Source: Aeromonadaceae bacterium
GTDB lineage: Bacteria > Pseudomonadota > Gammaproteobacteria > Enterobacterales > Aeromonadaceae
NCBI GenBank assembly: GCA_051645725.1
Contig: JBOFBS010000172.1
Location: 1 to 45,540 of the forward strand
Reading direction: 5' to 3'
DNA length: 45,540 nt
The notes under the pieces were generated by a model that saw nothing but the letters and a program-made list of their open reading frames with translations, was not told where the DNA came from and did no database searches. This document shows, in pieces, positions 20,082 through 28,887 of this stretch; the first letter of the stretch is position 1; each line of letters opens with the position of its first letter. The position numbers and the translations under genes are program-made.

Positions 20082-21116
20082 ATGATGAAAAAGACAGCTA
20101 TCGCCGTGGCCGTGGTGGGTTTGATGATGTCGGCTGCACAGGCAGCTCCCCAAGACAATACCTGGTATGTGGGGGGCAAGCTGGGCTTGGCCCAGTTTAT
20201 GAGCCCGGATTACAACGCAGTACTGACGGGCGTCAATAACGAGGACAAGAGTGATGTCGGTGGCGGCGCGTTTGTCGGCTACCAGCTCAACTCCTGGCTC
20301 GGTTTTGAGGCCGGTTACGATTACCTGGGTAAATATACGTTCGATTTTGCCAATGGTGCCGATGAGCTTAAGGCTCAAGGTGGCCAATTGGGCGTCAAGC
20401 TGGGCTGGCCGGTTAATGACGCGCTGGATATCTACACCCGCCTGGGGGGCTTTGCCTACTGGGCCGATAGCGAAAACAACAGTGATGATGGCTACTCACC
20501 GCTGGCCGCCCTGGGCCTGGAGTATGCCATGACCCGCGATTGGGCCACTCGTCTGGAGTATCAGTGGATCGGTGGTGTGGGTGACAAGCAGTACGTGGGT
20601 TCAGAAGTTGACAGCGGTCTGTTGAGCCTGGGTGTCAGCTATCGCTTTGGCCAGGCTGCCCCTGTCGTTGCGCCGCCTCCTGCTCCGGCCCCTGCTCCGG
20701 CTCCTGAGCCCGTCAAGGTGACCAAAGAGTTCAGCCTCTCCTCTGACGTTCTGTTTGATTTCAACAAGGCCACACTGAAGCCGGCTGGACAAGATGCTCT
20801 GGCCAAGCTGTTTGAGCAGGTCAAGGCTGAAACACCTAAGGATGGTTCGGCTCTGGTCATTGGTTACACAGATCGTATCGGCTCCGATAAGTACAACCAG
20901 GCGCTCTCTGAAAAGCGTGCGAAGACAGTGGCCGACTACATGGTTAGCAAGGGCTTCCCGGCAGACAAGGTGTCGGTTGAAGGGCGAGGTGAAGGCGAGC
21001 CAGTCACTGGTACCCAGTGTGATGGCGTCAAGGCCAAGAAGGAGCTGATCTCCTGCCTGGCTGCGGATCGCCGCGTAACCATCCAGGTAACAGGCACCAA
21101 GGAAGTGACAGAATAA
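20082..21116 (+). CDS. ompA: Outer membrane protein A
   Basis: MMKKTAIA signal, [14 protein letters not shown], Pro-Ala hinge, C-terminal OmpA domain ([18 protein letters not shown]). Confidence 0.96.
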   Translation: MMKKTAIAVAVVGLMMSAAQAAPQDNTWYVGGKLGLAQFMSPDYNAVLTGVNNEDKSDVGGGAFVGYQLNSWLGFEAGYDYLGKYTFDFANGADELKAQGGQLGVKLGWPVNDALDIYTRLGGFAYWADSENNSDDGYSPLAALGLEYAMTRDWATRLEYQWIGGVGDKQYVGSEVDSGLLSLGVSYRFGQAAPVVAPPPAPAPAPAPEPVKVTKEFSLSSDVLFDFNKATLKPAGQDALAKLFEQVKAETPKDGSALVIGYTDRIGSDKYNQALSEKRAKTVADYMVSKGFPADKVSVEGRGEGEPVTGTQCDGVKAKKELISCLAADRRVTIQVTGTKEVTE

Positions 21117-21136
21117 CGTGTCACGGCACCATGAAG

Positions 21137-21165
21137 AACGCCAGCCGTCGAGCTGGCGTTTTTTT
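21137..21165 (+). terminator. Intrinsic terminator of ompA
   Basis: AACGCCAGC-cgtcga-GCTGGCGTT followed by T tract. Confidence 0.88.
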
Positions 21166-21189
21166 GCAACTACCTGAACAGCAACAGGC

Positions 21190-21750
21190 TTAGAACTCGT
21201 TAGAGAGCGCCTTGTAGCCTTTGACCAAGTCGATATTGGTGTGGGCCACATCTTCGGAGAACTCGGTGGCATCGGCGCTGACACGCGGGATCTGGTTCAG
21301 ATCTGTCTTGGGGCCAATGCGCGTGGTGGAGGGGACATAGAAACCTGAGGGGAGGTCACAGCCATCCACAACGGCGTTATGACGCACCACGCACCCTTCA
21401 CCTATGCGGCAGTTGAAGAGCACGCTGTTGAAGCCGAGGAAGACCCGGTTTCCCACTTCACAGGGGCCGTGGACTATGGAACGGTGAGCGATGGAGGTGA
21501 ATTCGCCTATCACTACGGGCGCACCCGATTTGGAGTGGATGACCACACCATCCTGTATGTTGGAGTTGGCGCCTATGATGATGGGCTCCATGTCACCCTG
21601 CTCATCCACCTCATCGGCGCGGATGACAGCATAGGGGCCGACGAAGACATTCTCCTTGATGATCACCTTGCCGCAGATGATGGCTGTCTTGTCGATATAG
21701 GCGGATTCATCGATGACCGGCAGGTGGCCGGAGGGGTTTTTACGGATCAT
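21190..21750 (-). CDS. Gamma-class carbonic anhydrase (carbonate dehydratase)
   Basis: Hexapeptide repeats, IRADE, NIQDGVVIH and IAHRSIVHG (three metal-binding His); start MIRKNP at 21750. Confidence 0.9.
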   Translation of the reverse strand: MIRKNPSGHLPVIDESAYIDKTAIICGKVIIKENVFVGPYAVIRADEVDEQGDMEPIIIGANSNIQDGVVIHSKSGAPVVIGEFTSIAHRSIVHGPCEVGNRVFLGFNSVLFNCRIGEGCVVRHNAVVDGCDLPSGFYVPSTTRIGPKTDLNQIPRVSADATEFSEDVAHTNIDLVKGYKALSNEF

Positions 21751-21908
21751 GCTGCATCCTGTCGTTGGCTGATTCGATAATGAGAGGTGAAACAGGAGAG
21801 ATGCCATCTCTCTCCCATTTCACTCCAGGCGACCCAGCTTACGCCAAAAAAGTGTGATGAAGGAACCCTTTACTGGTCTGTCCCCTTCGCAAGCAGGGTA
21901 TTGAGATA

Positions 21909-23045
21909 TCAGGTCGGGTCATCTGATCCGGGTGGGTTGAAGTGCATATAGAGCTGTTCAGCCAGGGTAGGCTCAGGGCGACTCAATGCCTCCTGAAACA
22001 GGGCGGCTATCTGCTCCCTGGCGGCAGCCCGGACGATGAACACCAGGGTGGTTTGGGCCTTGCCCTCTGGCCATTCACCCAGGCTGGTGAGCGGATAGAG
22101 CTGGCCATGAACCCCGTGGATCACCAGGGGTTGGCTTTCCCCCTCAAGCTGAAGTATCCCCTTCAGACGCAGCAGGGAGTCTCCATAGTTGGCCTGCACC
22201 GCTTCGACGGCGGCGATCAATCTGGCAGCCGGCAGAGGGGTGCCAAAGCGCAGGGTGAAGCTTGCCACATCCGCATGGCTGCTGGGGGCGGTGGCTTGCG
22301 CGCCAATCGCCTGCTGGCTTGGTGCGGCCGGGCGCAGGGGGGAGGCCACCCCCAGTCTGGGGGCTTCTGAACGCAACCAGGCCAAGAGGGCGCGCACGTT
22401 CTTACCCGCCTCGGCGCTGTAGGGGCCAATCTTCTCCAGAACGTTAGGGTTCAATGCGCCCTGCTGCACCACATGCTGGGAGGCGGATGGGTTGAGCTGG
22501 CTCAGACGGAGTTGGAGCTCTGCGACTTGCTCGGCCGTGATGAGATCGCTCTTGCTGATCACCAGCAAGTCGGCCAGGGCTATCTGTTTGACGGCTTCAT
22601 ACTGGCGAGCCAGTTGCTGCGTGATGTGCACCCCATCGATGAGTGTGACTATGCCATCGAAGCGGTAACGCTGGGCGATAAAGTCATCCTGACGCAGGGT
22701 GAAGAGCACGGGGGCCGGATCGGCAAGCCCTGTGGTCTCTATGATGAGGCGGCGGAAGGGTTTGATCTCTTTACGCAGCGCCTTCATAAAGAGCTCCTGC
22801 AGTGTACTGGCCAAGGAGCCCTGTACCGAGCAGCAGATACAGCCGGAGTCCAGCAGGGTCACCTGTTCATCTACCTGACGCACCAGTTGGTGGTCCAACC
22901 CCACGGCGCCAAACTCATTGATCAGAATGGCGCAATCGGCCAGCTCAGGTTGTTGCACCCAGTGATTGAGCAGGGTCGTTTTGCCGCTGCCGAGAAAGCC
23001 TGTGATGATGGTGACGGGAATGCGGGTATCTTGGGGTGACGACAT
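21909..23045 (-). CDS. COG0523/CobW family G3E GTPase metallochaperone
   Basis: GFLGSGKTT, NEFG, GCICC, ETTGLADP, SKSD and C-terminal LLRLKG...HGVHG. Confidence 0.92.
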   Translation of the reverse strand: MSSPQDTRIPVTIITGFLGSGKTTLLNHWVQQPELADCAILINEFGAVGLDHQLVRQVDEQVTLLDSGCICCSVQGSLASTLQELFMKALRKEIKPFRRLIIETTGLADPAPVLFTLRQDDFIAQRYRFDGIVTLIDGVHITQQLARQYEAVKQIALADLLVISKSDLITAEQVAELQLRLSQLNPSASQHVVQQGALNPNVLEKIGPYSAEAGKNVRALLAWLRSEAPRLGVASPLRPAAPSQQAIGAQATAPSSHADVASFTLRFGTPLPAARLIAAVEAVQANYGDSLLRLKGILQLEGESQPLVIHGVHGQLYPLTSLGEWPEGKAQTTLVFIVRAAAREQIAALFQEALSRPEPTLAEQLYMHFNPPGSDDPT

Positions 23046-23122
23046 GGCAAAGGCCCAGTAAGAAGCGAGTAGGCTATTGTGCCTGTGGGTCGATGAAGTG
23101 CAAGTCTGGTGCGAGGGGAGAT

Positions 23123-23155
23123 AAAAACAAACAAGCCGCATCTTGTGCGGCTTGT
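23123..23155 (-). terminator. Intrinsic terminator downstream of the small ORF
   Basis: ACAAGCCGCA-5 nt-TGCGGCTTGT perfect 10-bp stem followed on the minus strand by TTGTTTTT. Confidence 0.8.
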
Positions 23156-23185
23156 CAGGGGAGGCTGGTTCTGGCCAGCTTGGGC

Positions 23186-23287
23186 TTAACGCTCATAGCG
23201 GAAGAAGTATTGGCGAGTGGCGGGTGCGTAGTGCTCATCTTGCTTGCCAGTCAGCAGGTTGGCCAGGTTCTTGTAGATGTTTTTCAT
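23186..23287 (-). CDS. Unannotated 33-aa small protein MKNIYKNLANLLTGKQDEHYAPATRQYFFRYER
   Basis: ATG preceded by GAGGTGA; highly-expressed-type codons (AAC, ATC, CTG, TAC, TTC); own promoter and terminator. Confidence 0.7.
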   Translation of the reverse strand: MKNIYKNLANLLTGKQDEHYAPATRQYFFRYER

Positions 23288-23306
23288 ATCTCACCTCATG
23301 GTGTTT

Positions 23307-23355
23307 TGTGATCTTCGTCACCTTCGATAGTAAGGTTTATGTGAACTCGATCAAG
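23307..23355 (-). promoter_or_regulatory. Sigma70 promoter overlapped by two CRP-like sites
   Basis: Minus strand TTGATC-16 bp-TACTAT (23354-23327); TGTGA-N6-TCACC at 23307-23322 and TGTGA-N6-TCAAG at 23340-23355. Confidence 0.65.
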
Positions 23356-23551
23356 TTCTATTTTTTTGAAAACGCTTGATTTTGTGATGATTGCGTTTTC
23401 ATTGTTACTGGTCGGATGAGATTGGCGAGTTGTAACCGATTGCAAGCGGGTGCCTTGGTAGAGGGGCGGCTTGCGGCAAGGTGCAAGAGCCGACGCTATG
23501 GTTCATATTGTAGAGCCGGGGGGCGTCCACCACCATGCGGGGAGCCGACGC

Positions 23552-23693
23552 CTAACTAGCTGTGCCGAAAAATAGATCACTCACCATGGATGGGGGTAGC
23601 ACTAAGCTGGCCCTCCGTGCCAGGTAAGGGTTCACGGCGTGGCAGCGTGTGCTACCTCATCGATGTAGCATAATTAGGAACTAGGGTATTTAG
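23552..23693. repeat. Intergenic inverted-repeat element, subtype B copy 1
   Basis: Aligns along its length with 36847-36982; core CCAGGTAAGGGTTCACGGCGT at 23620-23640; internal stem GATGGGGGTAGCAC...GTGCTACCTCATC. Confidence 0.75.
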
Positions 23694-23729
23694 CATGAGC
23701 CGCTGAGAGCCTAAGTAGAGGAGGAAGCC

Positions 23730-23981
23730 ATGCAAGTAGAACATCAAGTGAATGCGCAGCGCTTTGTGGTGCAACTGCCTGAGGGCGAGGCACGTCTGGA
23801 GTACTCTCTGCAGGCGCCCTGGGTCAACATCTTTCACACCTGGGTACCTGAGCCTCTGCGGGGGCAAGGGGTGGCCGATGCCCTGATGCGGGCCTGTCAG
23901 GGTTGGTGTCAGCAACAGGGGTGGCAGTTGGTGGCCACCTGCAGCTATGCGGTACGCTGGCTGGAGCACAAACAGCGTTGA
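23730..23981 (+). CDS. Small GNAT acetyltransferase (YjdJ-like)
   Basis: HTWVPEPLRGQGVA...ATCSY motif; GAGGAGG RBS. Confidence 0.88.
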   Translation: MQVEHQVNAQRFVVQLPEGEARLEYSLQAPWVNIFHTWVPEPLRGQGVADALMRACQGWCQQQGWQLVATCSYAVRWLEHKQR

Positions 23982-23982
23982 G

Positions 23983-24486
23983 TCAGCCGGTGCCAAGCCC
24001 CTCCAGGGCATGTCGCCAATACTCCAGTGTGTGGGGGTTGACCTGGTTCTGACCAAGCAGCAGCACCAGTTGCTGCAGTTGCAGAGCCTCGGTGAGCAGA
24101 TGGCAGGCGGCCAGGCTGCGGATGGTGCGGGTGAGGCGCAACTGGTTGTGGTTGTGTCGCGCTAGCCAGAGGGTAGCGGCATGGCTGTGGGGCTTGAGGA
24201 GATACTCGCCGCCTGAGTCGACGATTCCCCAGAAGTCGAGCATCAGCTCCAGGGAGTGTCTCATCTGTTGTCTAAGAGCGGGGTCGGCAGCAAATGCCTG
24301 GCGGCAGGCTGGGGTGAGTAGAGGGGCCTGAGGCGTGACACTACTGGGCTCTGGCAGGGGAAAGAGCCAGGGCATGTAGTCGTGGGTCTGCTCAAGCCAG
24401 CTGGGGGAGGCTCGCCAGATCTCATGCAACCAGCGTCCGCGGTGATCCGGGGCCTGTGCATGGTAGAAGGCCAGCAGTGGCTCCAT
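23983..24486 (-). CDS. Opioid growth factor receptor (OGFr)-related protein
   Basis: DHRGR, LEQTHDYMPWLFP, HNHNQLRLTRTIRSL and terminal YW pattern of bacterial OGFr_N proteins. Confidence 0.8.
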   Translation of the reverse strand: MEPLLAFYHAQAPDHRGRWLHEIWRASPSWLEQTHDYMPWLFPLPEPSSVTPQAPLLTPACRQAFAADPALRQQMRHSLELMLDFWGIVDSGGEYLLKPHSHAATLWLARHNHNQLRLTRTIRSLAACHLLTEALQLQQLVLLLGQNQVNPHTLEYWRHALEGLGTG

Positions 24487-24549
24487 CACTCAGGCTCCAC
24501 AAAATGCAAGGCCAGCTCTGGGCTGGCCTTGGGGCATGAGCGGTGAAGA

Positions 24550-24711
24550 TCACTCCTCATCATCGGTGTCGTCATCCAGGTCATCTTCACCGAGCAGATC
24601 GTCATCTTCGTCCCAGGCATCGTCTTCGTCGTCCCACTCCTCTTCGTATCCCTCTTCGTCCTCGTCTTCCCATACGGCATCATCTGGATCGTAATCGTCA
24701 TTACCGGCCAT
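24550..24711 (-). CDS. 53-aa hyper-acidic protein
   Basis: MAGNDDYDPDDAVWEDEDEEGYEEEWDDEDDAWDEDDDLLGEDDLDDDTDDEE; AAGGAG RBS upstream of ATG 24711. Confidence 0.7.
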   Translation of the reverse strand: MAGNDDYDPDDAVWEDEDEEGYEEEWDDEDDAWDEDDDLLGEDDLDDDTDDEE

Positions 24712-24945
24712 GAGGCGCTCTCCTTGGTTGGGGGGGTCTCCTGTTAGTCTATACAAAAATTTTAGGCTCAAGCGAGTAGAAGAAAGAAAATTCATCTGAC
24801 CTGACAGAGGGCACAGATCGATGGGGGGCGCGGGGTTAGTCTGGTAAGCCTCGGGCAAGGAGCGGTTTGCCTGGGAATAAGCTGCTTGCTGCCTAGGGGC
24901 GCGAGTGATAAAACCGCTAGTGATGAAGCAGCTGGAGTGGCCACT

Positions 24946-25839
24946 ATGACCCATCCTCTTGAACAACCCCTGCTGTCGACCAGCTTGTTAAATAATGAGG
25001 CGTTGCTGGGCCGCATGGTCGAGCAACTGGGTGTAGGCTGTTGGCACTGGTCTGCCGAGGCGGGGCTGGCCCATAGCCCGGCTTGTCTGGCGCTGATTGG
25101 ATTAGGTGCCAGGGTGCGTGATGATTTGGGCTGGCTGGATCGTGTGCATCCTGATGATGTACTGCAGTTGCGTAGCCAGTTTGACCGCTGTGTGGCCGGT
25201 GAACTGGTTAACTACCAGAGCCAGTACCGCATTCTGCATCATGATGGTCACTACCGTCGGGTGTGGGAGCGGGTGGCACGTACCGAGATGGGAGGGGTCT
25301 TTGCCCTGGTGCACCCACTGGACACCCAACTTGCGCCCATGCTCCAGCAGGTACCGCTTACCGATCCGTTGACAGGCTCTGAGAGTCGTCAGCGTTTCGA
25401 AGCCAGATTGGCCGCCATGGTGGCCGCCGCGACTCCCTTTAGCGTCATCGCCTTTGAGGTCGACTTCCTGGAGAAGGTTCGGCAGCTCTATGGCAAGGAT
25501 GCGGCAGATGACACCTTGGTGCGTCTCATTCGCCTGGTGCGTCATCAGGTGGGTGAGGGACCGACCATTGCGCGCTGGGAGGACAATCTCTTCCTGTTGG
25601 CCCTGCCCCAGATTGAGCTGGAGTCCGCCTTATTGCGGGCCGAGAGCCTGCGCCAGAAGATTGCCGAGGCGCAACTGTTGCCTCATCGCCCCATCACGGC
25701 CAGCTTTGGCGTGGTGATGTTGAAACCGGGTGAGCCACTGGATCATATGCTGGCGCGTTTGCTGCAACGGCTGCAGGCGGCGCGCCTGAGTCATAACCGG
25801 GTTGCGGGTGAGGTGGCTACCCAGGGTGTGCCAGGTTAG
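24946..25839 (+). CDS. PAS + degenerate GGDEF protein
   Basis: PAS_3 (WLDRVHPDD, YRILHHDG); TDPLTG and ITASFGV present but active site reads WEDNLF. Confidence 0.85.
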   Translation: MTHPLEQPLLSTSLLNNEALLGRMVEQLGVGCWHWSAEAGLAHSPACLALIGLGARVRDDLGWLDRVHPDDVLQLRSQFDRCVAGELVNYQSQYRILHHDGHYRRVWERVARTEMGGVFALVHPLDTQLAPMLQQVPLTDPLTGSESRQRFEARLAAMVAAATPFSVIAFEVDFLEKVRQLYGKDAADDTLVRLIRLVRHQVGEGPTIARWEDNLFLLALPQIELESALLRAESLRQKIAEAQLLPHRPITASFGVVMLKPGEPLDHMLARLLQRLQAARLSHNRVAGEVATQGVPG

Positions 25840-25857
25840 CCGCCCTCGCGCTTCTGA

Positions 25858-26292
25858 TCACTCTTTGATCGGCACCACCAGCATGTCGCACTCCACATGA
25901 TTCATCAGCTGGCGGGCCGAGGAGACCAGCAGGCTCCAGAAACTCTGGTGATGGCCACATACCAGCAGGTCAACGCCATACTGCTCTATTGCTTCATTCA
26001 CTCGCTCGCTCAGATCGCCACAGAGGATCAGCTTCTTCTCGATGGGAAAGTCGAGCCCTGCCAGCACCAGCTCCATCTTTTGTTGGGCATCATGGATCAC
26101 CTGATCCTGCACACGGTTGAGATCGATATCGATCATCTCGGTGTAGAGATCCTTCACATCCACATCGACATGGATCACAGATAGCTTGGCGGCGTGGGTT
26201 TTGGCCAGGGCTATGGCCTTCTGCAGTACTGGGGTGCTCTCTTCGTCCAGATTGATGGCGACGAGTATGTGTTGATAACTTTGGCCTCTCAT
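25858..26292 (-). CDS. uspA: Universal stress protein A
   Basis: YQHILVAINL...DLLVCGHH...SSARQL...DMLVVP, 144 aa. Confidence 0.92.
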   Translation of the reverse strand: MRGQSYQHILVAINLDEESTPVLQKAIALAKTHAAKLSVIHVDVDVKDLYTEMIDIDLNRVQDQVIHDAQQKMELVLAGLDFPIEKKLILCGDLSERVNEAIEQYGVDLLVCGHHQSFWSLLVSSARQLMNHVECDMLVVPIKE

Positions 26293-26581
26293 AATGTCTC
26301 CTCTAAGGCAAGGCAGCCCCTGGATAATGGCTCCCATTGGGAAGGGGCTCGAGTGCCGGTTGGCTTCACCGGCTTGAACGACACATCCAGATGGATGACG
26401 AACCTTTTCAGCCTGAACCAATAGAGAGATTAATGCAAATGTCGACTCTGGGATGTGCTACCGCAGTCGGGAGGCCAGGATCTGGCCATGTCAGGAGGCG
26501 AGGCTGAGGGAACCCTTGTGATCCTGAGCCCCATCCCCGTTACAATAGCCGCACTATGGGGTGAGGATAAGGGGAAAGTGC

Positions 26582-27778
26582 GTGCAGGATCAGCAAGAGT
26601 GGGATGTCATAGTGATTGGGGCCGGGGCCGCGGGGCTGATGTGTGCGGCTCAGGCTGGTTACCGTGGACGACGGGTTTTGCTGCTGGATAATGCCAAGAA
26701 GCCGGGGCGCAAGATCCTTATCAGCGGCGGGGGGCGCTGCAACTTCACCAATCTCTATGCCGGGCCGCAAAATTACCTCTGCCGGAATCCACACTTCACC
26801 AAGTCGGCGCTGGCACGCTATACCCAGCGGGACTTTATCGAGCTGGTGGAGCGCCATGGGGTGGAGTATGAGGAGCGCGAGCATGGCCAGCTCTTCTGCA
26901 CCGACTCCGCCAAGGAGATAGTGCGGGTGCTGCTCACTGAGTGTGAGTGGGCGGGCGTCACCATGCAGATGCAGTGCGAGATAGGGCAGCTCTCCCGCCA
27001 GGCGGCGGGTGGTTTCTCGCTCGTCACCAACAAGGGAACCTTGAGTTGTGCCTCACTGGTGGTGGCCACCGGCGGCCTCTCTCTGCCCAAGCTCGGTGCC
27101 ACCCCTTACGGCTATCGTCTGGCCGAGCAGTTTGGCCTCAACATGGTGCCGACCCATGCTGGTCTGGTGCCCTTCACCCTGCATACGGCGGACAAGGAGG
27201 CCTTTGCCGAACTCTCGGGTATCAGCCTGCCTGCCGAGGTGACGGCTGAAGATGGCACCCGCTTTCGTGAGGCGCTGCTCTTCACCCATAGAGGGCTCTC
27301 CGGCCCGGTGATCTTGCAGATCTCCTCCTACTGGCAACCGGGGCAGCGCATTGGCATCAACCTCCTGCCTGGGCAGGATATTCCCCGCCTGCTACAGCAG
27401 TGGCAGAGCGACCACCCGGCCCAGGAGCTCAAGACGGTACTGGGGCGTGAGCTGCCCAAGCGGCTGGTCGAAAAACTGATAGAGCGAAACGAGCTGCTCA
27501 ACAAGCCCCTGCGGCAATACACGCCCAAAGAACTCAATGAGGTGGCCGCGTTGTTAGGGGGCTGGAGCCTGCTGCCCAATGGCACCGAGGGGTATCGTAC
27601 CGCCGAGGTGACGCTGGGTGGGGTGGATACCGATGAACTCTCCTCCAAAACCATGGAAGCGAAGAAGGTGCCTGGCCTCTACTTTATCGGCGAGGTGATG
27701 GATGTCTCCGGCCATCTGGGGGGGTTTAACTTCCAGTGGTGCTGGAGCTCAGGCTGGGTCGCCGGGCAGTTTGCCTAG
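26582..27778 (+). CDS. yhiN: HI0933/YhiN family flavoprotein oxidoreductase
   Basis: GAGAAG, KILISGGGRCNFTN, LFTHRGLSGP, GGFNFQ; exact start uncertain (26561 or GTG 26582). Confidence 0.92.
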   Translation: MQDQQEWDVIVIGAGAAGLMCAAQAGYRGRRVLLLDNAKKPGRKILISGGGRCNFTNLYAGPQNYLCRNPHFTKSALARYTQRDFIELVERHGVEYEEREHGQLFCTDSAKEIVRVLLTECEWAGVTMQMQCEIGQLSRQAAGGFSLVTNKGTLSCASLVVATGGLSLPKLGATPYGYRLAEQFGLNMVPTHAGLVPFTLHTADKEAFAELSGISLPAEVTAEDGTRFREALLFTHRGLSGPVILQISSYWQPGQRIGINLLPGQDIPRLLQQWQSDHPAQELKTVLGRELPKRLVEKLIERNELLNKPLRQYTPKELNEVAALLGGWSLLPNGTEGYRTAEVTLGGVDTDELSSKTMEAKKVPGLYFIGEVMDVSGHLGGFNFQWCWSSGWVAGQFA

Positions 27779-27991
27779 GTCATTCCCCTTGGCTGGGGTA
27801 GCTCAACACTGCATGACGCCACTGCCCTTAATCTTGCTCTCTCATTCACTCTCTTGGCTTCTTGGGCTGGGAACAGAATAACAACCATGCCAACCGGGCT
27901 TACCCGGCTGGCATGGCTTCAACTATACTATTAGTTAGTAGTCAGGGTTGAACCTCGCTGTTGCGGCTCGGTGTCTGGCTCGGGAGTTAAT

Positions 27992-28723
27992 ATGCTCACT
28001 CGTGCGCTGCTGCTCCTCTTATTGACTTGGGCTCAGCTCTCAGACGCCAAGGCGGTGACCCTGATTGGCGCCGAGGTGCCTCCTTTTGTCATGCATGAGG
28101 CCCAGCCGCTGGGGCCAGGGCTAACGGCCGAGATCTTGCTGGTCGCGGCGCAACGACTCGGTGAACCCGCGCAGCTGGATGTGAAACCTTTTGTGCGTGC
28201 CTTGATGGTCACCGCAAATGGCCACGATAGATTGTTGGTGCCGCCCGGCCGCATCCCTGAGCGGGAGGCACTGCTTCGTTGGGTCTCGCCTCTGGTCGAT
28301 GAGGCTTTTGTGCTCTTCACCGATAGGCAGCACCACCCCAAGCCGATCCGGCAAGAGGAGTTGGCCGGGCTTACGGTCGGCGTGATGCGAGACTCGGTGG
28401 GTGAGCAGCTGATGAAGAAAATCCCGGGGGGGCATATCGAGAACGCCGCCTCTGAGATCATCAATGCCAAGAAGCTGGCGCGAGGGCGTATTCATGCCTG
28501 GGCGGTCAGTCTCAATACCGGTTTTTATGCCCAGCGCGCTGCCGGGTTGGATGAACGGCAATTGGTCCGCGGCGCCACCTTATCGCGAGTAACCCTCTAT
28601 CTGGCGGCTTCGCCGGATTTCCCCGATGCCGAGATGATTCGCTGGCAACAGGTGATTGAAGCCATGCGGCTAGATGGCACCCTGCAACGGCTCAAACAGC
28701 GCTACCACTATGTGGAGCCTTAG
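27992..28723 (+). CDS. Stand-alone periplasmic substrate-binding protein (family 3-like)
   Basis: Signal peptide, EVPPF, KKLARGRI, MRLDGTL pattern. Confidence 0.8.
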   Translation: MLTRALLLLLLTWAQLSDAKAVTLIGAEVPPFVMHEAQPLGPGLTAEILLVAAQRLGEPAQLDVKPFVRALMVTANGHDRLLVPPGRIPEREALLRWVSPLVDEAFVLFTDRQHHPKPIRQEELAGLTVGVMRDSVGEQLMKKIPGGHIENAASEIINAKKLARGRIHAWAVSLNTGFYAQRAAGLDERQLVRGATLSRVTLYLAASPDFPDAEMIRWQQVIEAMRLDGTLQRLKQRYHYVEP

Positions 28724-28833
28724 ATCTCCACTCTCTGCACATGGTGTGGTCTCTGGCCATACCCCTGCCTTTTGGTGAGCAAACAAGAGCCGTGAGCTTA
28801 TGGTCCCGTGAAAAAGGATTACGCCGTTGAATA

Positions 28834-28874
28834 TTGCATATGCCATTAACTGGGCGTATATGTGGCTTATGCCA
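28834..28874. promoter_or_regulatory. Paired palindromes upstream of DUF134
   Basis: TTGCATATGCCA (28834-28845) and TGGCTTATGCCA (28863-28874), each one mismatch from palindrome TGGCATATGCCA. Confidence 0.5.
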
Positions 28875-28887
28875 GGTAGGAGTTGCC

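Noticed and set aside
23589-23663. Long hairpin considered as SRP (4.5S) RNA or a riboswitch
   Set aside because: Lacks the SRP domain IV GGAA tetraloop/AGCAG motif; better explained as a copy of the repeat also at 36847-36982.
24486-24701. 71-aa Thr/Met-rich ORF
   Set aside because: Alternative frame of the acidic peptide gene, which has the RBS.
27885-27916. Hairpin CCATGCCAACCGGG-CTTA-CCCGGCTGGCATGG after yhiN
   Set aside because: Strong stem but no convincing U-tract and no second copy noticed; function cannot be assigned.
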